64,000 bases of DNA from Squalus acanthias. Lineage: Eukaryota. The position numbers and the translations under genes are program-made. A model generated the notes under the pieces. It had not been told where the DNA came from. It worked only from the letters and a program-made list of their open reading frames with translations, and did no database searches. The stretch covers positions 1,736,001-1,800,000 of the forward strand of contig JASTWF010000036.1 of the NCBI GenBank assembly GCA_030390025.1. Reading direction: 5' to 3'. The first letter of the stretch is position 1. Each line of letters starts with the position of its first letter. This document shows, in pieces, positions 1 through 10,711 of this stretch.

Positions 1-1193
1 GAGGTGAGGTGAGAGTGACTGCCCTTGACATCAAGGCAGCATTTGACCGAGTGTGGCATCAAGGAGCCCTAGTAAAACTGAAGTCAATGGGAATCAGGGG
101 GAAAATGCTCGACTGGCTGGAGTCATACCTGGCACAAAGGAAGATAGTTGTGGTGATTGAAGGTCAATCATCACAGCCCCCAGACATCGCTGCAGGAGTT
201 CCTCAGGGCAGTGTCCTAGGCCCAACCATCTTCAGCTGCTTCATCAATGACCTTCCCTCCAACATAAGGTCAGAAATGGGAATGTTCGCTGATGACTGCA
301 CAGTGTTCAGCGCCATTCACAACTCCTCAGATAATGAAGCAGTCCATGCCCACATGCAACAAGACCTGGACAACGTTCAGGCTTGGGCTGATAAATGGCA
401 GGTAACATTCGCGCCACAGAAGTCCCAGGCAATGACTATCTCCAACAAGCAAGAATCTAACCACCTCCCCTTGACATTCAACGGCATTACCATCGCCGAA
501 TCCCCCACCATCAACACCCTGGGGGTCACCATTAACCAGAAACTTAACTGGACCAGCCACATAAATACTGTGGCAACAAGAGCAGGTCAGAGGCTAGGTA
601 TTCTGTGGCGAGTGTCTCATCTCCTGACTCCCCAAAGCCTTTCCACCATCTACAAGGCACAAGTCAGGAGTGTGATGGAATACTCTCCACTTGCCTGGAT
701 GAGTGCAGCTCCAACAACACTCAAGAAGCTCAACAACATCCAGGACAAAGCAGTCTGCTTGATTGGCACCCCATCCACCACCTTAAACATTCACTCCCTC
801 CACCACCGGCGTACCGTGGCTGCAGTGTGTACCATCTACAAGATGCACTGCAGCAACTCGCCAAGGCTTCTTCGGCAGCACCTCCCAAACCCGTGACCTC
901 TACCACCTAGAAGGACAAGGGCAGCAGGCGCATGGGAACACCACCACCTCCAAGTTCCCCTCCAAGTCACACACCATCCTGACTTAGAAGTATTTCGGCC
1001 GTTCCTTCATCATCGCTGGGTCAAAATCCTGGAACTCCCTCCCTAACAGCACTGTGGGAGTACCTTCACCACACGGACTGCAGCGGTTCAAGAAGGCGGC
1101 TCACCACCACCTTCTCAAGGGGAACTATGGATGGGCAGTAATTGCTGGCCTTGCCAGCGATGCACAGATCCCATAAGCGAGTTAAAAAAAAAA
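1..1193 (+). mobile_element. Non-LTR retrotransposon (CR1/L2-group LINE), RT-to-3' end portion, cut by the window start
   Basis: ORF 9-896 has RT motifs (LDIKAAFDRV, GVPQGSVLGP, FADD). It stops early relative to the copy at 10772-11227, which reads on to HHHLLKGN. It ends in an A-rich tail at ~1184-1193. Confidence 0.92.
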
Positions 1194-1412
1194 TAGTGCC
1201 ATGGGATCTTTTACGTTCACCTGAGAGAGCAAACAGGGCCTCGGTTTAACATCTCATCCGAAAGATAGCACCTCCGACAGTGCAGCACTCCCTCAGCACT
1301 GCACTGGAGTGTCAGCCTAGCTTTATGTGTTTAAGTCTCCTGGAGTGGGACTTGAACCCACAACTTTCTGACTCAGAGGCAAGTGTGCTACCCACTGAGC
1401 CACAGCTGACAC
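1193..1412 (-). mobile_element. SacSINE1-like DeuSINE, 5' half
   Basis: Reverse complement has a tRNA-like head (TGGCTCAGTGG, GGTTCAAGTCC) and the Deu-domain-like core seen in full copies elsewhere in the window. Confidence 0.8.
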
Positions 1413-2031
1413 AGGAGACAGGGAAATTTTACTGAGCTGCAAAAATAGAAGGCAATTAGATAAAGCATTTTCCGAATCTATCTGTCTAAAACCCGTGGGA
1501 TAATAAGCCCAGAAAATAAGGGGTAAAAATTCAGTTGGTTGCGCCTCCCGTTAGCGCCTTAAGAGGGCGCTAATGGGGCGCAAAGCCGCTAACGCCCGGG
1601 CGCAGCGATGTTTGCGCCGCTCGGGAACTTAACTAGAGATTGTGCGGCGGCGCTAAACCTTACCGCTGCGACCACCTGCGCGCGCAGATTGTGACGTCAT
1701 TCCATGGTGCAACGCCCTTGTGGCGCCCCGGAGCGGAAATTGAGTGGCGCCCCCTGCCTTACCGCCTGGCGCATCCAACGACCGGAAGACTGGACCGCTA
1801 TCAATCGCTGTGGGGCTGGGGGGGGGCGCTATTTAAAGGGGGCCTCTTCCTGTCTTTTTCTGTGGTGGACATTTTTGCACCACTCGTTCTGAGAGAGAGA
1901 GAGAGATTCGGAGAGAGAGAAAGAGAGACTTCTGCATTGACTCAACGCTTTGTGAGGTAGTTTTGCCTACTGATCCTAACTTCGCTAGTACTTTAGTTGC
2001 TGTCCTTCATTACTTTGCTTGCAAAGAGACT

Positions 2032-3192
2032 ATGGGGGCTGCACTGATTGGGGGCGTCGTCCTGCTCCAGCTGAATCGGAGGACACAGAGACGCAGAGAG
2101 AGAGTGGCAATGATGGCCAGACGGAGGAGGGCCAACAGGCGTATGTACAGGAGAGCTTACCCTCCCAGGGTATATCGTGAACAGCTCTCCTACCTTCATA
2201 TGTCTGAGGAGCTGTGTTTGCGAAGGCTGCGATTCAGCAAGGAGGTGGTCACTGAGCTCTGCCACCTGCTGCAGCCAGATCTGCAGCCTCAACTGAGGTC
2301 CAGGACGTCTCTGTCGGTGGCAGTGAAGGTCACAGTGGCTCTCAACTTCTACGCTACTGGCTCATTTCAAGCTGCTGCTGGGGACCTCGCCAATATCTCC
2401 CAGTTCGCGGTGCATTGCTGCATCCGGCAGGTCACAAATGCCCTCTTTAAAAGGAGACGAGAGTTCATCTCTTTCCCCATGACCCCAGACAAGCAGCGTG
2501 ACCGCGCTCTGGGCTTTGCGAGGGTAGCGGGCTTCCCCATGGTGCAGGGCGCCATTGACTGCACGCATGTGGCTTTGCGTGCTCCGCATGAGAATGCCGA
2601 GGAATTCCGGAACAGAAAGGGGTTCCATTCCTTGAATGTTCAGTTGGTCTGTGACCACAGACAGCTGATACTCGCTGTCAATGCCCACTATCCTGGCAGC
2701 TGCCACGATGCTTTTATCCTGCGCCAGACTACTGTGGCAGAACTTTTCGAGGCACCGCATCAGCCAGTTGGTTGGCTTCTCGGGGACAAGGGGTATGCAT
2801 TGAGCACCTGGCTGATGACACCGCTCCGTACGCCCAACACCCCTGCTGAGCTGCGGTACAATGAGAGCCATCAAGCTACCAGGAACATAATTGAGCGCAC
2901 AATCAGCGTGCTGAAGCAACGGTTCCGCTGTCTCGACCATTCTGGAGGAGCCCTGCAGTACTCGCCTGAGCGAGTATCCAACTTCGTAGTTGTGTGCTGC
3001 ATGTTGCATAACATGGCAATCCTCAGGACCCAGCCAATGCCACCAGGCCTTGGAGCACCACCAGAGGAGGAGGAGGAAGAGGAGGAAGAGGATGAGGAGG
3101 ATGATCATCAGCAGCACCAAGGCGGGAGGGCGGCCCACAATGGTGAAACTGCAAGGGCCGTCCGTCAACGGCTAATAGCAAGCCGCTTCTAG
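2032..3192 (+). CDS. Harbinger (HARBI1-like) DDE transposase, 386 aa from the first ATG, open frame
   Basis: Motifs RRLRFSKE, VALNFYATGSFQ, GAIDCTH (D), FRNRKGFHSLNVQLVCD, YPGSCHDAFIL, LLGDKGY (D), RNIIERTISVLKQRFRCL (E), CCMLHN; acidic C-terminal tract; AATAAA near 3372. Confidence 0.95.
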   Translation: MGAALIGGVVLLQLNRRTQRRRERVAMMARRRRANRRMYRRAYPPRVYREQLSYLHMSEELCLRRLRFSKEVVTELCHLLQPDLQPQLRSRTSLSVAVKVTVALNFYATGSFQAAAGDLANISQFAVHCCIRQVTNALFKRRREFISFPMTPDKQRDRALGFARVAGFPMVQGAIDCTHVALRAPHENAEEFRNRKGFHSLNVQLVCDHRQLILAVNAHYPGSCHDAFILRQTTVAELFEAPHQPVGWLLGDKGYALSTWLMTPLRTPNTPAELRYNESHQATRNIIERTISVLKQRFRCLDHSGGALQYSPERVSNFVVVCCMLHNMAILRTQPMPPGLGAPPEEEEEEEEEDEEDDHQQHQGGRAAHNGETARAVRQRLIASRF

Positions 3193-3504
3193 GGCCCCTG
3201 CTGTGGAAATGGCTTCTGCCATTGCTAACAACATCAATGAACCCAGCACGCAACCCCTAAGCCGGCCAAGGCACCAATAATTCCAACCACCAACCATGTA
3301 TATTTTGAATACAGAAACTTATTTATTTTACAAACTCTGTGTGTGTCAATTCCTCATGACAAACTCATAGAAATAAACACAAAAAAACAGTCAATAACAT
3401 AACTGGTTCTCACAACCTGGAGATAATGTCCAAAACACTAAACAAAAGTTGGACCATGAACCTCGACCTTTAATAAAAAAATGACCAGCATTTTGTCACA
3501 CCTC

Positions 3505-5314
3505 CTACTTTTTGCCCTTCGAGGGTGATCTCCTTCCCTTGCGCACTTCCCCCCTTCTAACCCTACTGCTCCTCCGTAATGGGACCTCAGTGGCTGCAGC
3601 AAGGCTGGTGGAAGGCTGCTGCTCGTCAGACCCTGACACTGCAGATGCCCCTGAAGGACGGCCTCGACCAGTTCTGGGCCTGGAGGGCCCGGCTGCAGAC
3701 TGCACCAACTCTGCATGGGCGGCAGCAGTCTGTCCTACAGGCGGTGGCAAGTGCAGTGGAGAAGTGACAGTGTTGGCAACAGGAATGCTGTCATCGTGAG
3801 AGAGGACAGCAACTCCCTGCTCGCCCGACACACTGGCACTCCCACGGGGCAGCACTTCAGCATCCGGAGCAATCTGCTGGAGAACAGATTGCTGGCCTGC
3901 TGCGGCGCGGTGACAGCCCCGGGGACATGTGAACGAACCATCGAGGTTGGCAGCAGTCTGTGCTCACGTGGCCTCAATCTGAGTCTGCATGAGAGCAGTC
4001 AGAGATGGGATCACGGCAGCCAGTGACTGAATTGCAGCACTAAGCGTTAGTGTGGCATCCGCCTGTGCTACAGCGAAGTGCTCCACACTCCTTGCCAGTG
4101 ACTCAATGCATTCGGGCACCCTTCCCACTGCACCCATGAGCTCAGTGTGCATGCCCACCGCCTGGGTGTTCATTTCTGCGATCAGCCGCTCCTCCTCTGC
4201 GTCCATTGCAGTAGGAGTGTCTGGCATACTCTCCCTCTGGGGAGAAGGCCCCCGTTCTTCCCTACCCCCATGGCGTTGCTGCAGCCCGCTGGGTCCTGGA
4301 GCTTCACCCTCATCAGACCCTTCCCCTCCAGGGAAGGCGTGTTCCCAGTGTGGGCATGGGCTTCCTCGGGAGAGGGTGGCACTCATGCTCCGGCTTCCTC
4401 TTCCTCCTCGGCTGCAGCTTCACTCCCAGTGGCAGCTTCAGGGCCTGTCTCCTCAGCTGGTGAATCACCATCTGAAAGCAGGGAGGTACAAGAGTGGCTT
4501 TAGCGTGAGGACAGGGTGGCAGTAAGGGAGGAATAAGTGCAGCGAGTTAGCAAGTTGGATTGAAAGTGTCAAAGGCTGGTGTTGTGAGGGACAAGTGGAA
4601 GGACAGAGGACAAAAAGGTGATGACCTTACCATTGCTGTCCAGAACGGGGTCGGCGTCTCCAGTGGCGACGGGACCGATCACCCGGCTTGCCACAATCCT
4701 GTGGACGCGCTCCTCAAGATCGCTGAGGGGTTGCAGCTGAGGCCGCCCTCCACCTGTCCGTTGCTGCTGTCTCCGATTATGCGCCAGCTTGGCCTGTAAG
4801 AAAAAGGACAGCATCTGAGTAAATATACAGCCATGGTCTTGCCTGATGTGCCTCCCATAGGTGAATAGCCCTTACTGTATGCAGCCATGGTCTTGCCTGA
4901 TGTGCCTCCCATAGGTGAATAGCCCTTACTGTATGCAAAGTGTGGAATGTGTGTGTGTGTTTCATGAAAGAGCCATAGGTGTTGGATGAGTGTTGTGCAT
5001 TGGGGTTTTAAGACCCTCTGGCCATAGAGTGAGGTTGAGATGGAGGGATGGAGAGGTATTGAGAAAAAGCCACTCACCCTGACGACCCGAGTGAGGTCGT
5101 TGAACTTTTTGCGGCATTGAGTATGGGTCCTGGGCACCATGCTCCTGGAGGAGACGCTCTGAGCCACCTCCCTCCACACTCTTCTGAACTCGCGTGGCAA
5201 AGGCCTCCTGCCACTGTCAGGGAAGAGTATACATCTTCTGCGCTCCACCGCGCCAACCAGAGCATCCAAGGCCCGCTCGGTGAAGCGATGAGCGCGTTCT
5301 CTCACCCTCTCCAT
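3505..5314 (-). pseudogene. Harbinger Myb/SANT-like DNA-binding protein gene, 3 exons (5314-5078, 4793-4631, 4471-3505), disrupted in exon 3
   Basis: Exon 1 encodes RFTERALDALV...WREVAQSVS...RTHTQCRKKFNDL. Exon 2 encodes AKLAHNRRQQQRTGGG. Canonical GTGAGT/CAG (phase 0) and GTAAG/CAG (phase 1) junctions join in frame. Exon 3 has TGA at 4385-4383, a frameshift between ~4386 and ~4320, and TGA at 3966-3964. Confidence 0.85.
4828..4937. repeat. Tandem duplication of a 54-bp unit in intron 1 of the Myb-like gene
   Basis: CAGCCATGGTCTTGCCTGATGTGCC...TACTGTATG starts at 4828 and again at 4882. Confidence 0.9.
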
Positions 5315-5755
5315 CCTTGGCAGCAAAATGGATTCACAGGTCTCTCCAGGCCGAGATTCAAGGCTGCAATGAGCAGGGTGTGGCTGGGGAGCAAGTTGGC
5401 CCCCCCCCCGCTTTAAGAAGTGGCCGGCGCTAGTGTGTCTGTGTTCCCTCGCTAACTGGCAGCAGCTGCGCTGCGCTCGCGCGCTGAGTTAGCGCCTCAC
5501 TGCTCGGCCTTTGCGCCTTAAGACAGGTGTGCAGCTCCACTCACCTCCGGGGGCGGTAAAAGTGAAGTTTCCAGTCAGTGGCGATAATTAGCGCCAGGCG
5601 CTAATATTTGCGTCCAGACGATATTTGCGCCCCAAATGGGGCGCGACCTAATTTTTCCCCCTAAGTGTTTTTTAAAAACAGTTTGAGTTTCCCCCCTCAT
5701 CCCTTTTCTGATATTTACATTTTCTTTAAGGAGAGGGCACAGGAAGAGAGGTGAC

Positions 5756-7130
5756 TGGAGAGAGGGATTGGGGGAGATTGGAGAGAGGGATTGGGGGAGA
5801 TTGGAGAGAGGGATTGGGGGAGATTGGAGAGAGGGGTTGGGGGAGATTGGAGCGAGGGATTGGGGAAGATTGGAGAGAGGGATTGGGGAGATTGGAGAGA
5901 GGGATTGGGGAAGATTGGAGAGAGGGATTGGGGAGATTGGAGAGAGGGATTGGGGAGATTGGAGAGAGGGATTGGGGGAGATTGGAGCGAGGGATTGGGG
6001 GAGATTGGAGAGAGGGATTGGGGGAGATTGGAGAGAGGGATTGGGGGAGATTGGAGAGAGGGATTGGGGGAGATTGGAGAGAGGGATTGGGGGAGATTGG
6101 AGCGAGGGATTGGGGGAGATTGGAGTGAGTGATTGGGGGAGATTGGAGAGAGGGATTGGGGGAGATTGGAGAGAGGGATTGGGGGAGATTGGAGCGAGGG
6201 ATTGGGGGAGATTGGAGTGAGTGATTGGGGGAGATTGGAGAGCGGGATTGGGGGAGATTGGAGAGAGGGATTGGGGGAGATTGGAGCGAGGGATTGGGGA
6301 AGATTGGAGAGAGGGATTGGGGAAGATTGGAGAGAGGGATTGGGGGAGATTGGAGCGAGGGATTGGGGAAGATTGGAGAGAGGGATTGGGGAGATTGGAG
6401 AGAGGGATTGAGGGAGATTGGAGAGAGGGATTGGGGGAGATTGGAGAGAGGGATTGGGAGATTGGAGCGAGAATTTGAGAGAGGGATTGGGGAGATTGGA
6501 GAGAGGGATTGGGGAGATTGGAGCGAGGGATTGGGGGAGATTGGAGCGAGGGATTGGGGAGATTGGAGAGAGGGATTGGGGAGATTGGAGAGAGGGATTG
6601 GGGGAGATTGGAGAGAGGGATTGGGGAGATTGGAGCGAGGGATTGGGGAGATTGGGAGCGAGGGATTGGGGGAGATTGGAGAGAGGGATTGGGGGAGATT
6701 GGAGAGAGGGATTGGGGGAGATTGAGAGAGGGATTGGGGAGATTGAGAGCAGGGATTGGGGGAGATTGGAGAGAGGGATGGGGGAGATTGGAGCGAGGAT
6801 TGGGGGAGATTGGAGAGGGATTGGGGGAGATTGGAGGAAATTGGAGAGGATGATTGGGGGAGATTGGAGCGAGGGATTGGGGGAGATTGGAGCGAGGGAT
6901 TGGGGGAGATTGGAGAGAGGGATTGGGGGAGATTGGAGAGAGGGATTGGGGAGATTGGAGTGAGGGATTGGGGGAGATTGGAGCGAGGGATTGGAGGAGA
7001 TTGGAGAGAGGGATTGGGGGAGATTGGAGAGAGGGATTGGGGAGATTGGAGCGAGGGATTGGGGGAGATTGGAGCGAGGGATTGGGGGAGATTGGAGTGA
7101 GGGATTGGGGGAGATTGGAGAGAGGGTTGG
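5756..7130. repeat. G-rich minisatellite, 22-23-bp unit (GGAGATTGGAGAGAGGGATTGGG), roughly 60 copies
   Basis: Directly visible tandem array; it explains the low-complexity ORFs here. Confidence 0.97.
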
Positions 7131-7779
7131 AAGGCTGGGATCATAGCCATCTGGGATGAATTTAGAAAGTGAAAGCAGCATATCTGAGAGTTTACTCTAC
7201 TCTAAGGGAGGCATGAATCCAAGCAGATTAATAGAGAATGCAAGGATGCTTAATAGAAGCCTAGAGGGAGATGAAAAGCAGACGTCTTTTGAACAAACGT
7301 ATATTTGCTTGAAAAATGAATGAAACAGACTCCGTTCTGTAGCTGCTTCAGGGTGAGAACGTTCAGCGTTCCTGCAGCTGTTGGAGTTGTGGAGGCCTTG
7401 TGGGGGTCCTTATCTGGAACAGTGAGAAACCGCACACACATCTCCAGGTCCTTTGCTTCCCAGAAAGTCATTAAGGCTTCGGATCACACTTTATCAAACA
7501 ACACCGCGGCCACGTTTAAGAAAACTTTCAAGTCAGCAACTGTAAATGAGGACAAATGACCATCTTCTAAAGTGATCAGCAACAGAGGTTTTGATATCTT
7601 CCCCGCGTTTGCCTCTATCTAGATTCCTGTTTCGTTCATGAGGTAATTTCTTATCGAGCCCACTTCTTGTACTAATTGGTAACATCCATTATTTGCACAG
7701 AATGCAGTTAAGTGGCCAGAACTGACTTGATAAAATGACAACATATATCAAAATAAACTCAAAGGGACTTGGAGTGTAC

Positions 7780-8146
7780 ATAAGAACTGTAAGAAATAGG
7801 AGCAGGAGTCGGCCATTTGGCCCCTCGAGCCTGCTCCGCCATTCAATAAGATCATGGCTGATCTTCTACCTCAACTCCACTTTCCTGCACTATCCCCATA
7901 TCCCTTGATTCCCATAATATCCAAAAATCTATCGATCTCTGTCTTGAATATACTCAATGACTGAGCCTCCACAGCTCTCTGGGGTAGAGAATTCCAAAGA
8001 TTCACAATCCTTTGAGTGAAGAAATTCCTCCTCATCTTAGTCCTAAATGGCCGACCCTTATTCTGAGACTGTGATCCCTGGTTCTAGCTTCCCCAGCCAG
8101 GGGAAACATCCTCCCTGCATCTACCCTGTCAATCCCCTTAAGTATT
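7780..8146 (-). mobile_element. CR1 LINE 3' fragment
   Basis: Reverse strand encodes LKGIDRVDAGRMFPLAGEARTRDHSLRI, followed by the GGCCAAATGGCC stem-loop and TTCTTATG-type tail. Confidence 0.85.
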
Positions 8147-8249
8147 TCATGAAGGGAAGAGGTGTCCATGCACTGATTCATGCACTGTGAAGGGTAGACA
8201 TAAGTGCGTGAAGCTGTTGACTGGAGGCTTTCCGACATGGTTGAGGGTG

Positions 8250-8710
8250 CCCTGGTGGCTCAGTTGGTGAAGGCCCTCCCCCATATGGTACTGAGTCACA
8301 TGGACCAGGGAGGATCCCAGGTTTAGTCCTTCAGTCTGTGCAAAAGTCAGCCGATTGCAATCAGGGCAGCAAAGAGGCTCCGGCAATTTACTTCAGTGCC
8401 TCAGGGTGTGGGAGGAGGTAGCGGGGGCGGTGGCGGGGGGGTGTGGTTGGGTGAAAGCACATCAGTCAGGTATCCTGATCACTGTCCACTGAGCCCCCTC
8501 ACACAGTGCGTATGTGTGAATGTGGAGAGAGGACAGGATGAGGGTGGGGAGGGCCTGGCTGTGGCAATGCCCATGGAGAATAGCCTGACGACACTCCCTG
8601 TCCGGCCTTGTGCATGAAGGATGGACACATGCATGAGGTACCAGAGGTACCATGCATGGACCCGTACCCCAACATAAGTCAACGCCCTCGGGAGAGGATG
8701 GGGCAAACGT
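8250..8710 (+). mobile_element. Old tRNA-headed SINE-like repeat (similar pieces at ~33300-33575, ~37140-37740, ~38865-39190, and ~47100-47310 on the minus strand)
   Basis: TGGCTCAGTTGG box-A-like head and recurring diverged motifs (GACCAG..GGTCCCAGGTT; CCTGATC.CT.TCCA). Confidence 0.45.
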
Positions 8711-9329
8711 TTAGAAAACACAAAGCCATCGTACCGTTTAACCTGTGCATCAGTGTAGGTTTAATGACAATCTCATTTTAATTGATATCGCTATGGTTAG
8801 CACTCCATGGAATCTCCTCTTTTGTTCCTCTCAAATACACCACCCTACAGGTTCCTTCTCCTCCCTGGTTCCTCACCATGTTGAAATCAAGACTCATCGC
8901 TCCTCCCCCTACTCTAACTCATCGGCTTCCCAAGACCTCCCTCAACCATTCCTCCCTCCTATATAACCCACTTTAAAACCCAAGCCTGGTGCTCAATTCT
9001 GTTCGACCTTAACTGTGTGCCTTGGCCCTTATCTAGATTACATCCAAACCTACGAGATTGAGGAGCAGGAAAAGAGCAGCTGATCCCTCAAGCCTGCCCC
9101 ACACCATGATGGCCGGAGCATCGAGACTAAACACTTCCCCCCCCACCGCCCACCACCACCGCCATGTAGTCTCCTGGGAGAGGCAAAATCTCCAGGGCCA
9201 ATATGTGAAAGAAAATCGGTACAATTCCTCTCCGACCCCCTCATGCGATCAAAACCAGTCTGGGAGATCACATGGACCATGTGTTACCGATAAAGACACT
9301 AATCAATGATGCAATCTCTGCCTCAGTCT

Positions 9330-9735
9330 TGATTTTAAAATTCTCATCCTTGTTTTCAAATCCCTCCATGGCCTCGCCCCTCCCTAGCTCTGTAATCTCC
9401 TTCAGCCCCACAACCCCCCGAGATATCTGCGCTCCTCTAATTCTGGCCTCTTGAGCATCCCTGATTATAATCGCTCAACCTTTGGTGGCTGTGCCTTCTG
9501 TTGCCTGGGCCCTAAGCTCTGGAATTCCCTGCCTAAACCTCTCCGCCTCGCTACCTCTCTCTCCTCCTTTAAGACGCCCCTTAAAACCTCCCTCTTTGAC
9601 CAAGCTTTTGGTCACCTGTCCCTAATGTCTCCTTATGTGGCTCGGTGTCAAATTCTGTCTGATAATCGCCCCGGTGAAGCACCTTGGGACGTTTTACTAC
9701 ATTAAAGGCGCTCGATAAATACAAGTTGTTATTGT
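9330..9735 (+). mobile_element. L2 LINE 3' fragment
   Basis: Encodes GGCAFCCLGPKLWNSLP..LR..TSLSSFKT.LKT.LF (L2 ORF2 C-terminus) and has a (TTG)n tail. Confidence 0.85.
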
Positions 9736-10111
9736 TTAGCTTACTCCAGCACTCTCCTATCCGGGACACTGATGGCCCATTGCTGCCCAACAGGTGTTCA
9801 GTCCTATTTCCTAGGCAGCGTATGCTTGTAGACATGATCAGCTCGCAATACTGCCACACCTGACTCTGAGGCAGCACAGAGCCTGGCTGCATTGAGGGTG
9901 TCCCGGCAGAACTGAAGTTCTCAGGTTTATGTAAAACTGACGAGGGATGAGGAGAAATGAGCCCATTTTTTCATACCGTACCATAAATTTGTCTAAGTCT
10001 CGAGATAAAACAAAACCTTGCAACTTTGCTGTCTATTTTAGCATTGTTTCTGGTGTTGAAGTCGTCTGTCAGTAAATTGATCAGCTCAATAAAGGTTGTA
10101 ACTGCCCCTCC

Positions 10112-10130
10112 CCACCAGCAGGTGGCACTG
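10112..10130 (+). promoter_or_regulatory. Candidate CTCF binding site
   Basis: CCACCAGCAGGTGGCACTG matches the CTCF core CCASYAGRKGGCRS; motif match only. Confidence 0.4.
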
Positions 10131-10221
10131 TTGTCAAACATTCCTGCTTCCAGAGGATTGAGGAAGAACAGTTCCTGCCACCTTGTGGGTTGTGTTGTGT
10201 ATTGCAGCCCCAGTGACTCTG

Positions 10222-10589
10222 ATGAGAAGTCGCACAACACCAGGTTATAGTCCAACAGTTTTATTTGAAATCACAAGCTTTCGGAGCTATCGATCGCCCC
10301 TTCCTCAGGTGAAGTAAAGAGATACAGAATCGCCAAAGCATATATAGATAGAGAACAATGCATGTGTTACTTACAAAAGCAGACGACTGCTTTTGTAAGT
10401 AACACATGCATTGTTCTCTATCTATATATGCTTTGGCGATTCTGTATCTCTTTACTTCACCTGAGGAAGGGGCGATCGATAGCTCCGAAAGCTTGTGATT
10501 TCAAATAAAACTGTTGGACTATAACCTGGTGTTGTGCGACTTCTCATTTTTGTCCACCCCAGTCCAACACCGGCATCTCCGCATCATGA
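10222..10589 (+). mobile_element. Penelope-like element remnant: inverted pseudo-LTR palindrome plus 42-nt 3' extension
   Basis: Arms 10222-10382 and 10387-10547 are reverse complements. Tail 10548-10589. Direct repeat CCAGTGACTCTG at 10210-10221 and 10590-10601. Internal hammerhead motif followed by AATAAA. Confidence 0.85.
10456..10499 (+). ncRNA. Minimal type I hammerhead ribozyme motif (mirror copy on minus strand at 10270-10313)
   Basis: TCAC-CTGAGGA-A-GGGGC(gatcgata)GCTCC-GAAA-GCTT-GTGA: CUGANGA and GAAA boxes, stem II, palindromic AAGCTT stem III, stem I TCAC/GTGA. Confidence 0.75.
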
Positions 10590-10711
10590 CCAGTGACTCT
10601 GGACTGTGAATGGTACCTTTAATTTTAAATTAGCATTGACGAATTTTTGAAACGTTTGCTGAACAGATATATCACGTATCAGTCTTGGGCTGCTGATACA
10701 TTAAAAAAATG

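Larger units (their letters stand above)
1520..5661 (+). mobile_element. Full-length PIF/Harbinger DNA transposon
   Basis: TIRs GGGGTAAAAATT and reverse-complemented GGGGGAAAAATT (11/12); TAA TSD at 1517-1519 and 5662-5664; convergent transposase and Myb-like genes; CpG-rich subterminal repeats. Confidence 0.95.

Noticed and set aside
2362..3168. 268-aa minus-strand ORF
   Set aside because: Antisense shadow of the transposase with no recognisable motifs.
2032..3192. Host HARBI1 gene (and NAIF1/MSANTD for the partner)
   Set aside because: Bounded by TIRs and a TSD, with a sibling derivative nearby, so it is a transposon copy; no host symbol given.
5756..7130. CRISPR-like array
   Set aside because: No unique spacers and no cas genes; eukaryotic tandem repeat.
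5715..7181. Long Pro/Ser-rich and Gly/Glu/Arg-rich ORFs (up to 488 aa)
   Set aside because: Translation artefacts of the minisatellite, open in many frames.
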